This document shows positions 40,442-50,292 of a DNA stretch of 64,000 bases, piece by piece. The stretch lies in the IMG/VR virus record IMGVR_UViG_3300032770_000017, positions 1-64,000 of that record, one strand, 5' to 3'. Positions within the stretch are counted from its first letter, which is position 1. Every line of letters starts with the position of its first letter. The DNA is from a virus. The notes under the pieces are model-generated. The model was not told the origin of the DNA. It ran no database searches and worked only from the letters and a program-made list of their open reading frames with translations. A program made the translations under genes and the position numbers.

Positions 40442-41950
40442 ATGGATCCGCGCGGCGTTGTCGGCCACGTCCTCCCGCAGCGCCAGGGTCCCGACCGGTT
40501 CGCGCTCAAGTATGCGCACGAATACCTGAGCACGCCACTGCCGACGCCGACCTATCCAATCGACATCACCAGCGGCCTAACCGCGTGGGGTGGGTTCGGC
40601 AACAGCGGAGAGATGCCACCGCAGTACCCCAACCCTGTCGGGGATTGCGTTGATGCGGCGAAGTACCACCTCTATATGTCAACGGCACTTGGCGCCGGGC
40701 AACCGCTGCCGGCCCTCACGACGCTGCAATGCATCACCGACTACTTCGCTCAGACAGGCGGCAAGGACACGGGCGTGCGGATCTCCGACTCGCTCCTGTG
40801 GTCCTACAACCGCGGCGACATCCTCGCCTTTGCCCCCGTTGATTACACGAACCTCGCCGTGCGTGACGGGCTGTGCCAAGCGGGCTGGGGGATCATCCTC
40901 GGCATGTGGCTGCCCACGGCCAACAACGGCCAAGGCGGCGGCCATTGCGTGGTGCTCGCCAAGGTCGTCGCGCAAGGGGGCGACGAGTTCTTCATCACCT
41001 GGGGCGACGTGGAGTCCTTCAAGGACGAGACGTACCTGTACACCATCGACGAGGCGTGGCTCGTCGTGACCCACGAGGAGCAGCTCGCCGCTTTTGAACC
41101 GGCGTTGTTGGCCGATATCACCGCCTTGGGAGGCACTGGCGGGCCGCCTCCACCGCCCCCGGTCTATCCGACCCCTATCGCAGGAGAGACCGTGCTCATT
41201 CAGACTGTCGGGACCCCTTTCGGTGGCACCCCGACCGCGGTTCAACAGGCGATCAATGTGCAGAACACCGGGGCCACCCTGCTCGCCTTCGTCTGCGGCA
41301 GCACCGCCACTTCGCCGATGGCATCGTCGGTCTCTGGAGCTGGGGCAACTTGGACGCGCCGGGGCTCGCGTTTTGACCACCCGGGCACCGTTGAGGTGTG
41401 GGAGGGGACAGGCGCGGCGGCTGGGGTGCAGACGGTTACGGCTTCGCTCGTCGGTCCGATCGCCAACTGCGCGTTCATCGTGCAGGAATGGACCGGGACC
41501 GGGTCGACCGCGCCGGACTCTGTTACCTACGGCTCTTCCTCCGCTCCTCCATCGGTGATCGTCAGCCCGCAGGCTGGGGATGGAGTGTCGGCGTTCATCT
41601 TCTGCGGCAATGGCATCATCAATGTTGCCGCACCCTTCACGGGCGAGATCACGCTCCCGATGGTGAACGTCTCATCCTGCGTTGCACCGGTTACTGGCGC
41701 ACTAGCCGCGGCATGGGTGACAGGGGGAGGGGCGTGGAACGGGCTCGCGATCGCCCTGCCAGCCGGATCGGCTCCTCCTCCTCCTCCTCCATCACCACTG
41801 CCACCGCCTTCGCCGACCTCGTTCCTGGACCACATCAAGAGCGAACTGCAAGCGCTTGACGCCACATTGCAGGCGATCATCGCTGAGATCACCGCGCAGG
41901 ACGCCGCCACGTTCGGTGGATCGTCCTACGGCGGCGGCGCGACGGGATGA
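40442..41950 (+). CDS. Papain-like Cys/His peptidase-fold domain fused to beta-rich virion-type domain
   Basis: GDCVDAA, GGHCV, ITWG; paralog of 58484..59599. Confidence 0.6.
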   Translation: MDPRGVVGHVLPQRQGPDRFALKYAHEYLSTPLPTPTYPIDITSGLTAWGGFGNSGEMPPQYPNPVGDCVDAAKYHLYMSTALGAGQPLPALTTLQCITDYFAQTGGKDTGVRISDSLLWSYNRGDILAFAPVDYTNLAVRDGLCQAGWGIILGMWLPTANNGQGGGHCVVLAKVVAQGGDEFFITWGDVESFKDETYLYTIDEAWLVVTHEEQLAAFEPALLADITALGGTGGPPPPPPVYPTPIAGETVLIQTVGTPFGGTPTAVQQAINVQNTGATLLAFVCGSTATSPMASSVSGAGATWTRRGSRFDHPGTVEVWEGTGAAAGVQTVTASLVGPIANCAFIVQEWTGTGSTAPDSVTYGSSSAPPSVIVSPQAGDGVSAFIFCGNGIINVAAPFTGEITLPMVNVSSCVAPVTGALAAAWVTGGGAWNGLAIALPAGSAPPPPPPSPLPPPSPTSFLDHIKSELQALDATLQAIIAEITAQDAATFGGSSYGGGATG

Positions 41951-41951
41951 G

Positions 41952-42473
41952 ATGCGCGTCCTCGTTCCCTTCACTGCGCGCCATATAGAGACGATCGCGG
42001 GCGCGCCCGCCAACGCTGAGTGGGTGGATGTCTCCCGATCCTCCACCGCGTACTGGGAGACGTTGTGCGAGTTCTGGAATAGTGGCGATGACCTGCTGAT
42101 CATTGAGCACGATGTGGTCTGTCGTCCTGATGTAATTGAGCAACTGGAGATGTGCCCTGAGCCGTGGTGCGCGTTCGGCTACAGCGATATGTGCCATCCC
42201 GAATGCATGGAGGCATGGGCCAACGCGTTTGGCTGCACCCGGTTCCGTAAGGAATTGATGGCCGCCGCGCCCGACGCGGTGTCCTCTATCCCCGAGGGCT
42301 ACGGCCGGGACTGGCACAACCTGTGCGACTACGTCTCGGGCATGCCTTGGCTGAACCCGGAGATGCGGCCCCAATGCCTGCGGGCGCGCGGCTTCTGGCA
42401 CCACTGGCATTACCCGGCGGTCAGGCACCACAAGATGAGCCTTGAAAGCTACAAAGCCCTGATCGGCGGCTAG
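41952..42473 (+). CDS. Small GT-A-like glycosyltransferase
   Basis: LLIIEHDV, FGCTRF, terminal H.H. Confidence 0.55.
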   Translation: MRVLVPFTARHIETIAGAPANAEWVDVSRSSTAYWETLCEFWNSGDDLLIIEHDVVCRPDVIEQLEMCPEPWCAFGYSDMCHPECMEAWANAFGCTRFRKELMAAAPDAVSSIPEGYGRDWHNLCDYVSGMPWLNPEMRPQCLRARGFWHHWHYPAVRHHKMSLESYKALIGG

Positions 42474-42477
42474 TGCA

Positions 42478-43005
42478 ATGAGCTTCGGCGGTGCGACCTA
42501 TGGCGGCCTGGCCTATGCCGGAGGCCCGACCAGTGTCAACACGACGATCAAAGCCGCTGCTGCGGGCGCCATCGCCGCCGCTGTCTCCCCCGCCGTCCAT
42601 GCCGATGCCACTGTTCTCGCCGCTTCGGCCGGTTGTCTTGCCGCCGCCCTTCCCGGTACCGCTTCGGTCACCGTCACCAGAGAGGCCGTCCCGGCCCAGG
42701 CCCTGGCTGCCGCTCTTCCCGGGCTCGGGCAGAACGAAAGTCTCTCCGAGGCCGTCCCCGCCGCCGCCCTGGCCGCGGCGTCCGGTGCCCTGCCCGAAGT
42801 CCTCCAATGCGTCCTCCCGCCCACCCTCGTGCGCCTCGACGCACCCGATCCGACAGGGTTCTCGCCAGATGACATCGCGCCGGCCTTCACGATGCTGGAC
42901 GCACCGGGCAAGGCATGTTTCGTTCCCGATCTGGTCGTGCCGACCGGGGTCCTGCTTGACGCCCCCGACCGGTCCTTTGTGGGGGCCAGTTGCGGCAAGG
43001 TCTAG
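42478..43005 (+). CDS. Ala-rich virion protein
   Basis: FGG..YGG start; LDAP repeats. Confidence 0.5.
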   Translation: MSFGGATYGGLAYAGGPTSVNTTIKAAAAGAIAAAVSPAVHADATVLAASAGCLAAALPGTASVTVTREAVPAQALAAALPGLGQNESLSEAVPAAALAAASGALPEVLQCVLPPTLVRLDAPDPTGFSPDDIAPAFTMLDAPGKACFVPDLVVPTGVLLDAPDRSFVGASCGKV

Positions 43006-43015
43006 GCTGAACGCG

Positions 43016-43363
43016 GTGACCATCGTCGAGACGCCGTTCGCCTGGCCGATGGGCCAGGGCGATACGTTGCCGGCCTTGACGGGCACCCTGATCGGCTCCA
43101 ACGGCGTCGCCGTGGACCTGACCTATGCCATCTCGGTCGTCTTCAACATGGCCTCCCGGGACGGCCGCAAGGTGGTCACCGACGGCACCGTCACCGTGCT
43201 CGACGCCATGGCGGGCCGGGTGGAGTACGCCTGGCAGGCGGGTGACACCGACATCGCGGGCGACTTCACCTACTCGTTCACGGCGACCTTCCCGAGCGGC
43301 ACGCTGACGTTCACCAACGCCGCGCCGAAGGGCATCGTGCGGATTTCGCCGAGGGTGCCATGA
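43016..43363 (+). CDS. BppU-like N-terminal domain protein
   Basis: QGDTLP.L..L...VDLT...G.VEY.WQAGDT..AG.F. Confidence 0.7.
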   Translation: MTIVETPFAWPMGQGDTLPALTGTLIGSNGVAVDLTYAISVVFNMASRDGRKVVTDGTVTVLDAMAGRVEYAWQAGDTDIAGDFTYSFTATFPSGTLTFTNAAPKGIVRISPRVP

Positions 43364-44208
43364 GCAACATGCAGGCAGAGGGCGTCATCCCCGCGAGCAC
43401 TCACACTTTGCACCCCTATTGCTCGGAGAGCGACCTTCCTGCCGAGCGCATCAAGCGCATTACCGATGTCCCGCTCGGATGGCTGATCGCGGCGGCGACT
43501 GATTTGCTCTATGTGCTGACGCAGAGGAAATACCGCTCGGGCCGGTCCGTCGTGCGCCCCACGGCCCGCTTCCCTGCCAATCAGGGCTGGTGGTACAACT
43601 ATCCGTGGTCGTCGATGAGCGGCTACGGCTCGGGCTGGGGCTATGCGGCGGGCTGGGCCTGGTCATCGGTGGGGCTCGGGTTCTGGCAGGGCCAGTCCAG
43701 TGACCTGTCCACCGTCGTACTGCAGGCGCCTGTTTTGGCTATTCACGAGGTGCTGCTGAACGGCCAGCCGCTGGCGCCGACCGATTACACGCTCTACAAC
43801 CGCCGCGACCTCGTTCTCACCATTGCCACCGAAAGCGGCGAAGGAACGGGCAATGCCTGGCCTTGGGAGCAGGTGCTGGCCATCCCGGCCACGCAGCCTG
43901 GCACGGCGCAGATCGATTACTCGTGGGGCATTGACCCGCCAGAGATCGGGCGTATGGCCTGCGCGGAACTGGCGATCCAATTGGGCCTCGCTTTCACGGG
44001 CGCGAACGACTGCCGACTCCCGACGCGCGTGCTCACCGTTGCCACCGAGGGCGTCTCGGTCGCGGTCGGAGATGCCTTGACGTACATCCGCGAGAAGCTG
44101 ACGGGCCTCCCGATTTGTGACATGTGGATCCAGGCTGAGAACCCGCAAAAGGCCCAACGTCGCTCGATGTTTGCTGGCCCCAACACGTACCTGAACCACA
44201 CGGTATGA
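43360..44208 (+). CDS. Head-to-tail adaptor
   Basis: AATDLLY.LT, Y.WG..PP..G..AC.ELA..C.LP.RV...EGVS..TG...D.WI...NP. Confidence 0.8.
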   Translation: MSNMQAEGVIPASTHTLHPYCSESDLPAERIKRITDVPLGWLIAAATDLLYVLTQRKYRSGRSVVRPTARFPANQGWWYNYPWSSMSGYGSGWGYAAGWAWSSVGLGFWQGQSSDLSTVVLQAPVLAIHEVLLNGQPLAPTDYTLYNRRDLVLTIATESGEGTGNAWPWEQVLAIPATQPGTAQIDYSWGIDPPEIGRMACAELAIQLGLAFTGANDCRLPTRVLTVATEGVSVAVGDALTYIREKLTGLPICDMWIQAENPQKAQRRSMFAGPNTYLNHTV

Positions 44209-44810
44209 CCGTCGTCACACTGACGCCCTACGGGCCGTCGTGGCTCCAGCAGGCAGACCCCGACCAGTTCAACCTCACGGCCGAGGCGATCATGAACACC
44301 GCCGTCGCCGCCTTCCAGGCCTACGGCGCGTCCGACCCCGAGACAGGCGAGCGCATCGTCTACGCCCGCCAGATCATCGGCCATGGCAAGGTGCCGATCA
44401 TCCCTGCCACCGACAACGGCGCCGGCTATCAGATCGTGCTCGGGCTCGATGACGTATCCCTCGGTGAGGCAGGCGCGGTGCAGTTCCGCTTTCCCCAGGG
44501 CTCGCCGGGCAAGTTCGGCTACGAGTTCGTCACCTACACCCTGGAGATCGCCCACCCATGGCCGATGGCGGCCGGGCAGGAACGCCTGCTCACCGACCCC
44601 GACATCATCGACAAGTGGCGCCGTCCCCTTTGGTTTAACGGGAGATTGCTTTGGATGGCCCTCAAGGCCCTGGCCCTCGGCGGCGTCTCGCCTCCTGCCG
44701 CGCCCTTACCCATCTCCAGCGACCAGTTGCATATCGGGCCGCTCAGCCCCGTCGGCCCCCGCGGTGGTACGGCAGGGTGGTCACTGCAAATCGCCGTGCA
44801 GCTCCAATGA
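44205..44810 (+). CDS. Putative tail terminator/neck protein
   Basis: Position; C-terminal P.GP.GG.AGW. Confidence 0.55.
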   Translation: MTVVTLTPYGPSWLQQADPDQFNLTAEAIMNTAVAAFQAYGASDPETGERIVYARQIIGHGKVPIIPATDNGAGYQIVLGLDDVSLGEAGAVQFRFPQGSPGKFGYEFVTYTLEIAHPWPMAAGQERLLTDPDIIDKWRRPLWFNGRLLWMALKALALGGVSPPAAPLPISSDQLHIGPLSPVGPRGGTAGWSLQIAVQLQ

Positions 44811-45004
44811 GCGCGCCGCCTCAGGGCTTCGTGCGGGTGTTGCCCCGGGTCGGCCTGCCGGGGATGGTGGCGCTTCGGTGGGCCGACGTGCGTACCACCC
44901 ACCCGCAGCTCCAGGACTGGATCGACTCGGGCCTCGTCACCACCACGGGCCTGCGGGGCGAGCCGCCGCCCGACGAGCTGCCCCGGCGCTGCTGCGGGCG
45001 ATAG
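44807..45004 (+). CDS. Small hypothetical protein
   Basis: ATGA overlap; ends RRCCGR. Confidence 0.45.
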   Translation: MSAPPQGFVRVLPRVGLPGMVALRWADVRTTHPQLQDWIDSGLVTTTGLRGEPPPDELPRRCCGR

Positions 45005-45439
45005 ATGGCGAACGTCAACGTCCGGTTCGTCGGTGTCCCGGCGCCGGTCCTGCGGGAGATCGTCAGCCTAGAACCCGGCTGGCGCACCATCGGCATGCGC
45101 ATGTACGAGCGTGCGGTGGAGACGTGCCCGGAGTCCAAAGACCTCGAAGGCGACTATCAGGGCCCGCACCTGAAGGACACGCTGGTGGTCCACTTCGTCA
45201 CTGGCACCGATCCCCGAATCCTCATCGGCTCGGAGAAGAAGGGCCAGGTGCTCTCGTGGGTCACGGACGGCACGACGCCGCATGAGATCGTGCCCGTCAA
45301 CGCCAGGGCTCTGCGCTGGACGGTCCCGGGTGGCACGGTGGTGTTCGCCCAGCATGTGAACCACCCCGGGACCAAGCCCAATCCGTTCCTGCTCGACGCC
45401 GTGCGGGCAATTGCCCAGGAGACGACAATCGCGGTCTAG
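45005..45439 (+). CDS. HK97 gp10-like tail completion protein
   Basis: GT.PHEI.P.NARALRW...VFA..VNHPGTKPNPFL. Confidence 0.75.
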   Translation: MANVNVRFVGVPAPVLREIVSLEPGWRTIGMRMYERAVETCPESKDLEGDYQGPHLKDTLVVHFVTGTDPRILIGSEKKGQVLSWVTDGTTPHEIVPVNARALRWTVPGGTVVFAQHVNHPGTKPNPFLLDAVRAIAQETTIAV

Positions 45440-45957
45440 GCCGCCGGCTTGCCCCTCGTCGTATGCGGTAGCAGCCCAAGATCATGGCGGGCAACCATCA
45501 CCCATCGGGCAGCTGTGCTCTTGGATGTCATCCACGTCTCGCGGATCACCGCCAAGGGGTCGGCGCCGATGGCCACGGCTTCCCTGTAGACCGTCGCTAC
45601 GGCCCCGTAATGGCCGCGTGGGAACCGATGAGGCCAGGTGGCCCTCAGCGCCTCCACGGCGCCTAGAGCGGCCTCTCGTCGGTCGCCTTCGGCTTCGAGC
45701 GCCTCGGCTTCGAGCGCCTCAGCCATCTGGGCTCGTGCCTGGGCGGCAATGCGGTCGAGCGGGAGATCGCGCAGGGCGCTGGCCGGGAGCGGTTCTGGCG
45801 GCAGCAGTAGACCAGTCAGCGAGCCGGCGGCTTCGGTGCGGATTTCGACTCCGATGAGCGCGGCCGCCCTACCTGCCATGGTCAGACCGACATGGAGGGG
45901 ACCATCCTCGGGGTCGGGCCAGCGGAGCCAGACGGTCCATTCCGGGTTCAGCCCCAC
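45436..45957 (-). CDS. Putative HTH regulator (DUF6214-like)
   Basis: VA.VYREA......V......S.STAARWV..AR..GLL; leaderless TAGGAT promoter at 45969-45964. Confidence 0.6.
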   Translation of the reverse strand: MGLNPEWTVWLRWPDPEDGPLHVGLTMAGRAAALIGVEIRTEAAGSLTGLLLPPEPLPASALRDLPLDRIAAQARAQMAEALEAEALEAEGDRREAALGAVEALRATWPHRFPRGHYGAVATVYREAVAIGADPLAVIRETWMTSKSTAARWVMVARHDLGLLPHTTRGKPAA

Positions 45958-46047
45958 GACCAGATCCTAAGGTTCCGAAAGCGTGGCGGCGAAATGACAA
46001 CGTTTGGGCACCCACGGAAGGCGGCCGAGGTGCCACGCTCGGGGCCG

Positions 46048-46359
46048 ATGACCGCACGCACCTACTCCTCGGCCTCCTATGCCGCCAACGACCTCCCGGT
46101 TGAGATCACCATCGACGAGACGACGTGGAAGGCCTATCCCCAGCGCTGCCCCGCCTCGGTGGTGCTCGACTTCAACCTCTCGGAGCTGAGCGACACGACC
46201 AACCCCACCCGCGATTTCTTCGCCGCGGTGATCGAGGACTACGACGGCTTTGCGGCCTTCCTGCGCGAGCGCAAGGTGCCCGCGGCCATGCTCACCGACA
46301 TCGCCCGGGACCTGCTGGAGGAGACGACCGGGCGCCCTACGCAGCCGTCCAGGCCCTGA
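46048..46359 (+). CDS. Tail assembly chaperone
   Basis: Upstream of TMP; ends ...TGRPTQPS. Confidence 0.7.
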   Translation: MTARTYSSASYAANDLPVEITIDETTWKAYPQRCPASVVLDFNLSELSDTTNPTRDFFAAVIEDYDGFAAFLRERKVPAAMLTDIARDLLEETTGRPTQPSRP

Positions 46360-46652
46360 CGGGCTGGGCGGTCGAGAACTGGCTCCTGGTCGACGGCCGA
46401 TGCGCTCTCGCCGGCTTCGACCCGTTGGCGCTCCCGGCGCGCCGGCTCATCTCAGTGCTGTACTGCATGCTCGTGGACCAGCCGGTATTCACCGAGGAAG
46501 CGGAGAAGCACCGCCAGGACATCATCATTGCCTTGGAATGGCCCGAGGTCGGCGAACAGATGCAGCTCGAAGCCGACGACAAGCAGGCGCGCGCCGCGCT
46601 GGCACAATTCGGCATTTCCCTGCCAGTCGGTATCGAGTTCGTACCGGAATGA
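46335..46652 (+). CDS. Tail assembly chaperone extension (probable -1 frameshift product)
   Basis: -1 frame open through CGCCCTAC: PYAAVQALTGWAVENWLLVDG...; no convincing start of its own. Confidence 0.6.
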   Translation, partial: PYAAVQALTGWAVENWLLVDGRCALAGFDPLALPARRLISVLYCMLVDQPVFTEEAEKHRQDIIIALEWPEVGEQMQLEADDKQARAALAQFGISLPVGIEFVPE

Positions 46653-46661
46653 GCGCCTGAG

Positions 46662-49307
46662 ATGCCTTCGATCATTGGCACGGCCTTTTTGGATGTGCGA
46701 CCCGAGACGACCAACTTCGAGTCCGATCTGAAGAAGAAGATCTCCGGCTTCGGCGGCATCGCCCCCGTCATCGGCACCTTGGCCGCCGCCGGTGTCGCAG
46801 TGGGCGGCGCGCTGTTCGACATCGGCTCCAAGTTCGAGGATGCATTCAACAAGATCAAGGTGGCCACCGGTGCGACCGGCTTGCAACTGGCCGGGCTCGG
46901 CGTGTCATTCAAGGACGTGTTCTCCAAGAGCGCGTCGTCAATGACAGATGTGGCCACCGCTATCTCCGAGGTCTCGGTCCGCACCCATCTGACCGGTACT
47001 GCGCTCGACGACCTGTCCAAGAAGTTCGTCGACCTGAGCCGCATCACAGGCACCTCGGTGGCGACGAACGTGCAGACGGTCACGGCGCTGTTCAACAACT
47101 TCGGGGTGGCGACAAAGAACCAGTCGGCTGAGCTGGACGTGCTGTTCAAGGCCGCCCAGCAGTCAGGGGTGGGCATCGACAACCTCGTCTCCTCGGTGCA
47201 GGCGGCGACGCCCACCGCCCAGACCCTCGGGCTCAACATCAACCAGACGACCGCGCTCGTCGCCCAGTTGACCCAGGCGGGATTACCGGCGACCAAGGTG
47301 ATGATGGGCCTGGGCATGGAGTTCGCCAAGGCGGCCAAGGCCGGGCAGGACCCGACCTCAGTGATCGCCAAACTGGTCGCCGAGATCAAGGCGGCACCGA
47401 ACGCTACCGACGCGGCGACGTTGGCGGTCAGAAACTTCGGCGTGAGCGCGCGCCAGGCGGCCACGCTGGTCGATGCTGTGCGGGCGGGGACCCTGAACTT
47501 CGGCGCCACGCTTGCGTCAATTACGAGCGGTGGCGGGGGGATCGAAGCGGCCACGAATGCCACCTTGACCCTCGGTGACAAGTTCAAGATCCTGCGCAAT
47601 ACCGCGCTCACCGCGTTGGAGCCGATCGCCATGAAGGTGGTCGACTTCGCCAACTTGCTTGCCGACAGGATCCCGGGCGCCATCCGTACGACTGTCGATG
47701 TGATCAAGGGTGCTATCGGCGGCCTTGTCGGCGGCTTCAGCGGCCAGGCACTCGCCGCCTCTGGGTTCGTGCGGGTATTCGGTGAGATCGGCCGCACGGC
47801 CCGCGACATCTTCGACTTCATCCGTGCCCACAAGGCCGAGGTGCTCGGCGCGCTCGCCGGTATCGGTGCGATTGTCCTCAGCGCAGTGATCCCGGCCTTT
47901 GTCGGTTGGGCTGCCGCCGCGGGTGCCGCTGCTGCCGCGACCATTGCCGCCGCTGCGCCCTTCATCGCCGCGAGTGCCGCTGCCGCCGCTGTGGGCTACG
48001 GCCTCGTCTACGCCTACACACACTTCGTGATCTTCCGCGACATCGTGAAGGACGTTGCCAAGGTCATCGTGGACGTGGCGGTGTTCGCGTTCCGTCAGGT
48101 GCGGTTGGAGATCGAGACGGTCGTCGCCGTGTTCACCGACCTGATCAAGTTCTTCTCTGATGTCTTCCAAGGCAAGTGGTCGGCAGCGTTCAAGGCGCTA
48201 GAGGACATTCCCAAGCGACTCTTCGAGTACGTGCGGGATACGGTGGGCAACATCGTCAAGCTGTTCGAGAGCCTTCCCGCTCAGGTGCTTGGCGGGATCG
48301 AATCTCTCGGCGGCGCGATCGGCCGGTTCTTTGAGGGGTTACCTGCGGATGCGGTGACTGGGCTCAAGACGCTCGGCAGCGCCCTGTTGACCGCGTTCAA
48401 GAACGGCATCGTGGCACTCGTCACCGGGCTACCGGGCCTGCTCATTGACGTAGCCGTGTTCTTCGAGGTGAAGCTACCGCTGCTCATCCTCGAATGGACC
48501 GCCAATGCTGCTGTGTGGCTTGCCGGTGTCGGGGTGAAGTTGATCGTCGGGTTCGTCTCCGATCTCATCTCGGCGCTGCCCACCGTGGCCAAGTTCTTCC
48601 TGGACCTGCCGGGCGAGATCCTCACCTTCATCGGCAATGCCGCGCTGTGGCTCGTGCACGTCGGCATGGACATCCTCACCGGTCTGTGCAACGGGCTTAT
48701 CGCCACCGTGCCCGCGCTGTTCCGGTTCTTCACCGGCCTACCGAGCAAGATCCTCGACCTGCTCAAGGACGCGGGGACATGGCTCGTCAAGGTGGGCCAG
48801 GCCATCATCGACGGGCTGATCAAGGGCATCGGCAACGAGGCCGGGAAACTGGAGTCGAAAGTCAAAGATTCGATCCTCGGGCCGATCAAGAAGATCCCGA
48901 TCGTCGGTGGCCTGATCGGTTCACCGTCGCCCTACTTCACGACCGTCGGCGAGGCCATCGTGCAGGGCCTGGCGCTCGGCATCGCCAACAAGGCGAACCT
49001 GCCGCAACAGGCGTTGGCCGGCGTGAAGATCGGCGGTCCCACTGTCGCGCCGGTCGGCCTCGGGACGCCATCGGCGATCGCAGCGGCAGGCCCGACGGCC
49101 GCGACCACCGCGACGACAACGGCGCTGGCGACGCAGACCAAGGCCACGATGACAACCAATGACATTCTCAAGGAGATCCTCGCTTTCATCCGAGAGCAGG
49201 CGTTGACCGCCAACGCTGCCGTGACCCAGAACACGCAGGCACTGAAGGCTTCGACGACGGAGTCGATCCTGGCCCTGCGCGCCGAGCAGGTCCAGAGAGG
49301 CCGCTGA
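46662..49307 (+). CDS. Tape measure protein
   Basis: IGTAFLDVRP start, long Ala/Gly helical repeats, I.SPS motif. Confidence 0.9.
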   Translation: MPSIIGTAFLDVRPETTNFESDLKKKISGFGGIAPVIGTLAAAGVAVGGALFDIGSKFEDAFNKIKVATGATGLQLAGLGVSFKDVFSKSASSMTDVATAISEVSVRTHLTGTALDDLSKKFVDLSRITGTSVATNVQTVTALFNNFGVATKNQSAELDVLFKAAQQSGVGIDNLVSSVQAATPTAQTLGLNINQTTALVAQLTQAGLPATKVMMGLGMEFAKAAKAGQDPTSVIAKLVAEIKAAPNATDAATLAVRNFGVSARQAATLVDAVRAGTLNFGATLASITSGGGGIEAATNATLTLGDKFKILRNTALTALEPIAMKVVDFANLLADRIPGAIRTTVDVIKGAIGGLVGGFSGQALAASGFVRVFGEIGRTARDIFDFIRAHKAEVLGALAGIGAIVLSAVIPAFVGWAAAAGAAAAATIAAAAPFIAASAAAAAVGYGLVYAYTHFVIFRDIVKDVAKVIVDVAVFAFRQVRLEIETVVAVFTDLIKFFSDVFQGKWSAAFKALEDIPKRLFEYVRDTVGNIVKLFESLPAQVLGGIESLGGAIGRFFEGLPADAVTGLKTLGSALLTAFKNGIVALVTGLPGLLIDVAVFFEVKLPLLILEWTANAAVWLAGVGVKLIVGFVSDLISALPTVAKFFLDLPGEILTFIGNAALWLVHVGMDILTGLCNGLIATVPALFRFFTGLPSKILDLLKDAGTWLVKVGQAIIDGLIKGIGNEAGKLESKVKDSILGPIKKIPIVGGLIGSPSPYFTTVGEAIVQGLALGIANKANLPQQALAGVKIGGPTVAPVGLGTPSAIAAAGPTAATTATTTALATQTKATMTTNDILKEILAFIREQALTANAAVTQNTQALKASTTESILALRAEQVQRGR

Positions 49308-49308
49308 C

Positions 49309-49833
49309 ATGGCTGGCCCCACCGGTGCGACCGGCACGACCGGATCGGTCACGCCTTCGAGCGGCCGCCTGTGCCCGGACCTGTCGATGGGCACGCTCAC
49401 CATCTCGGGCGTGGAACTGGTCAACACCTATGCCTGGTCGATCACCGACCTGCGGCCCCTGTGGGACTCGGCCGATGTACGTGGCACCGACCGCATCCTG
49501 CCCGGCGTCATTGGCGTGATCCCCTATCAGCGCCGCTGGACGGTGACGAAGATTAACCTGCCCATGGTCATCTCGGGCTACGTCGACCAAGCCGGGTCGA
49601 TCTATGACAACCCCTTCGTCGGGCTGCAGGTCAACCAGGCGTACCTGCTCGACAACGTCGTCGCCCCCGTCGGTTCCAACCCTGGCACGCGCCCGGCCGT
49701 GCTCACCATGCCTGACACCACCACGCGCTCGGGCGACGTGACGGTGGAGACGCTCAAGTTCGGGCCGATGGCCGGCGCCATCTCCTGGCCCTGCGTGCTC
49801 GTGATCAGCATCCCTGGAGGGATGCTGACGTGA
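49309..49833 (+). CDS. Distal tail (Dit-like) minor tail protein
   Basis: Immediately after TMP; RG.DRILPG..G. Confidence 0.6.
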   Translation: MAGPTGATGTTGSVTPSSGRLCPDLSMGTLTISGVELVNTYAWSITDLRPLWDSADVRGTDRILPGVIGVIPYQRRWTVTKINLPMVISGYVDQAGSIYDNPFVGLQVNQAYLLDNVVAPVGSNPGTRPAVLTMPDTTTRSGDVTVETLKFGPMAGAISWPCVLVISIPGGMLT

Positions 49834-49845
49834 GGCGCGGAAGGG

Positions 49846-50263
49846 GTGACCCGCGATCAACCAAGTAACACCCTTCTGCAGGCAGGAGTTCCTCGCCGCC
49901 GCGGCCAACTGGCAGTCCGACACATTCCGCATCGTGGCGGTGTCCTCGGGCTACTCGTTCTCCACGAGCGACCACTACCTGTCGGCCATCTCCGGTGGGG
50001 ACATCATCGCCACCTCGGCCGCGCTCACCAGCACCGACCCCACCGACGGCAACGCTTCGGCCGATCCGGTGGTGTTCTCCTCGGTCGGCGCGGGCTCGAC
50101 CATCGCCGGGTTGTGGCTCTACCGCGACACGGGATCGAGCAGCACGTCGCAACTGCTGGTGTGGTGGGACCAGGACGCCACCAACTTCCCGTTGGCCATC
50201 GTCACCAATGGTGGAGATATCACGTTGACGTTCCCAAGTGGGGGGACCTTATTTATACTATGA
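49846..50263 (+). CDS. Virion protein, paralog of 36983 family, with apparent +1 frameshift after codon 2
   Basis: Frame 49853-50263 reads AINQVTPFCRQEFLAAAANWQSDTFRIVAV...NGGDIT; RBS and GTG at 49846 are one base out of frame. Confidence 0.65.
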
Positions 50264-50292
50264 CGTCGCCCTCGTTTGCTATGATGTTGTCC

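Noticed and set aside
45691-45720. 15-bp tandem duplication GGCTTCGAGCGCCTC x2
   Set aside because: In-frame EALEA duplication in a helix; probably neutral slippage
46337-47965. Long antisense ORFs (this one, 20903..22084, 10161..11528, 23666..24718 and others)
   Set aside because: Expected stop-poor shadows of high-GC genes; no recognisable motifs
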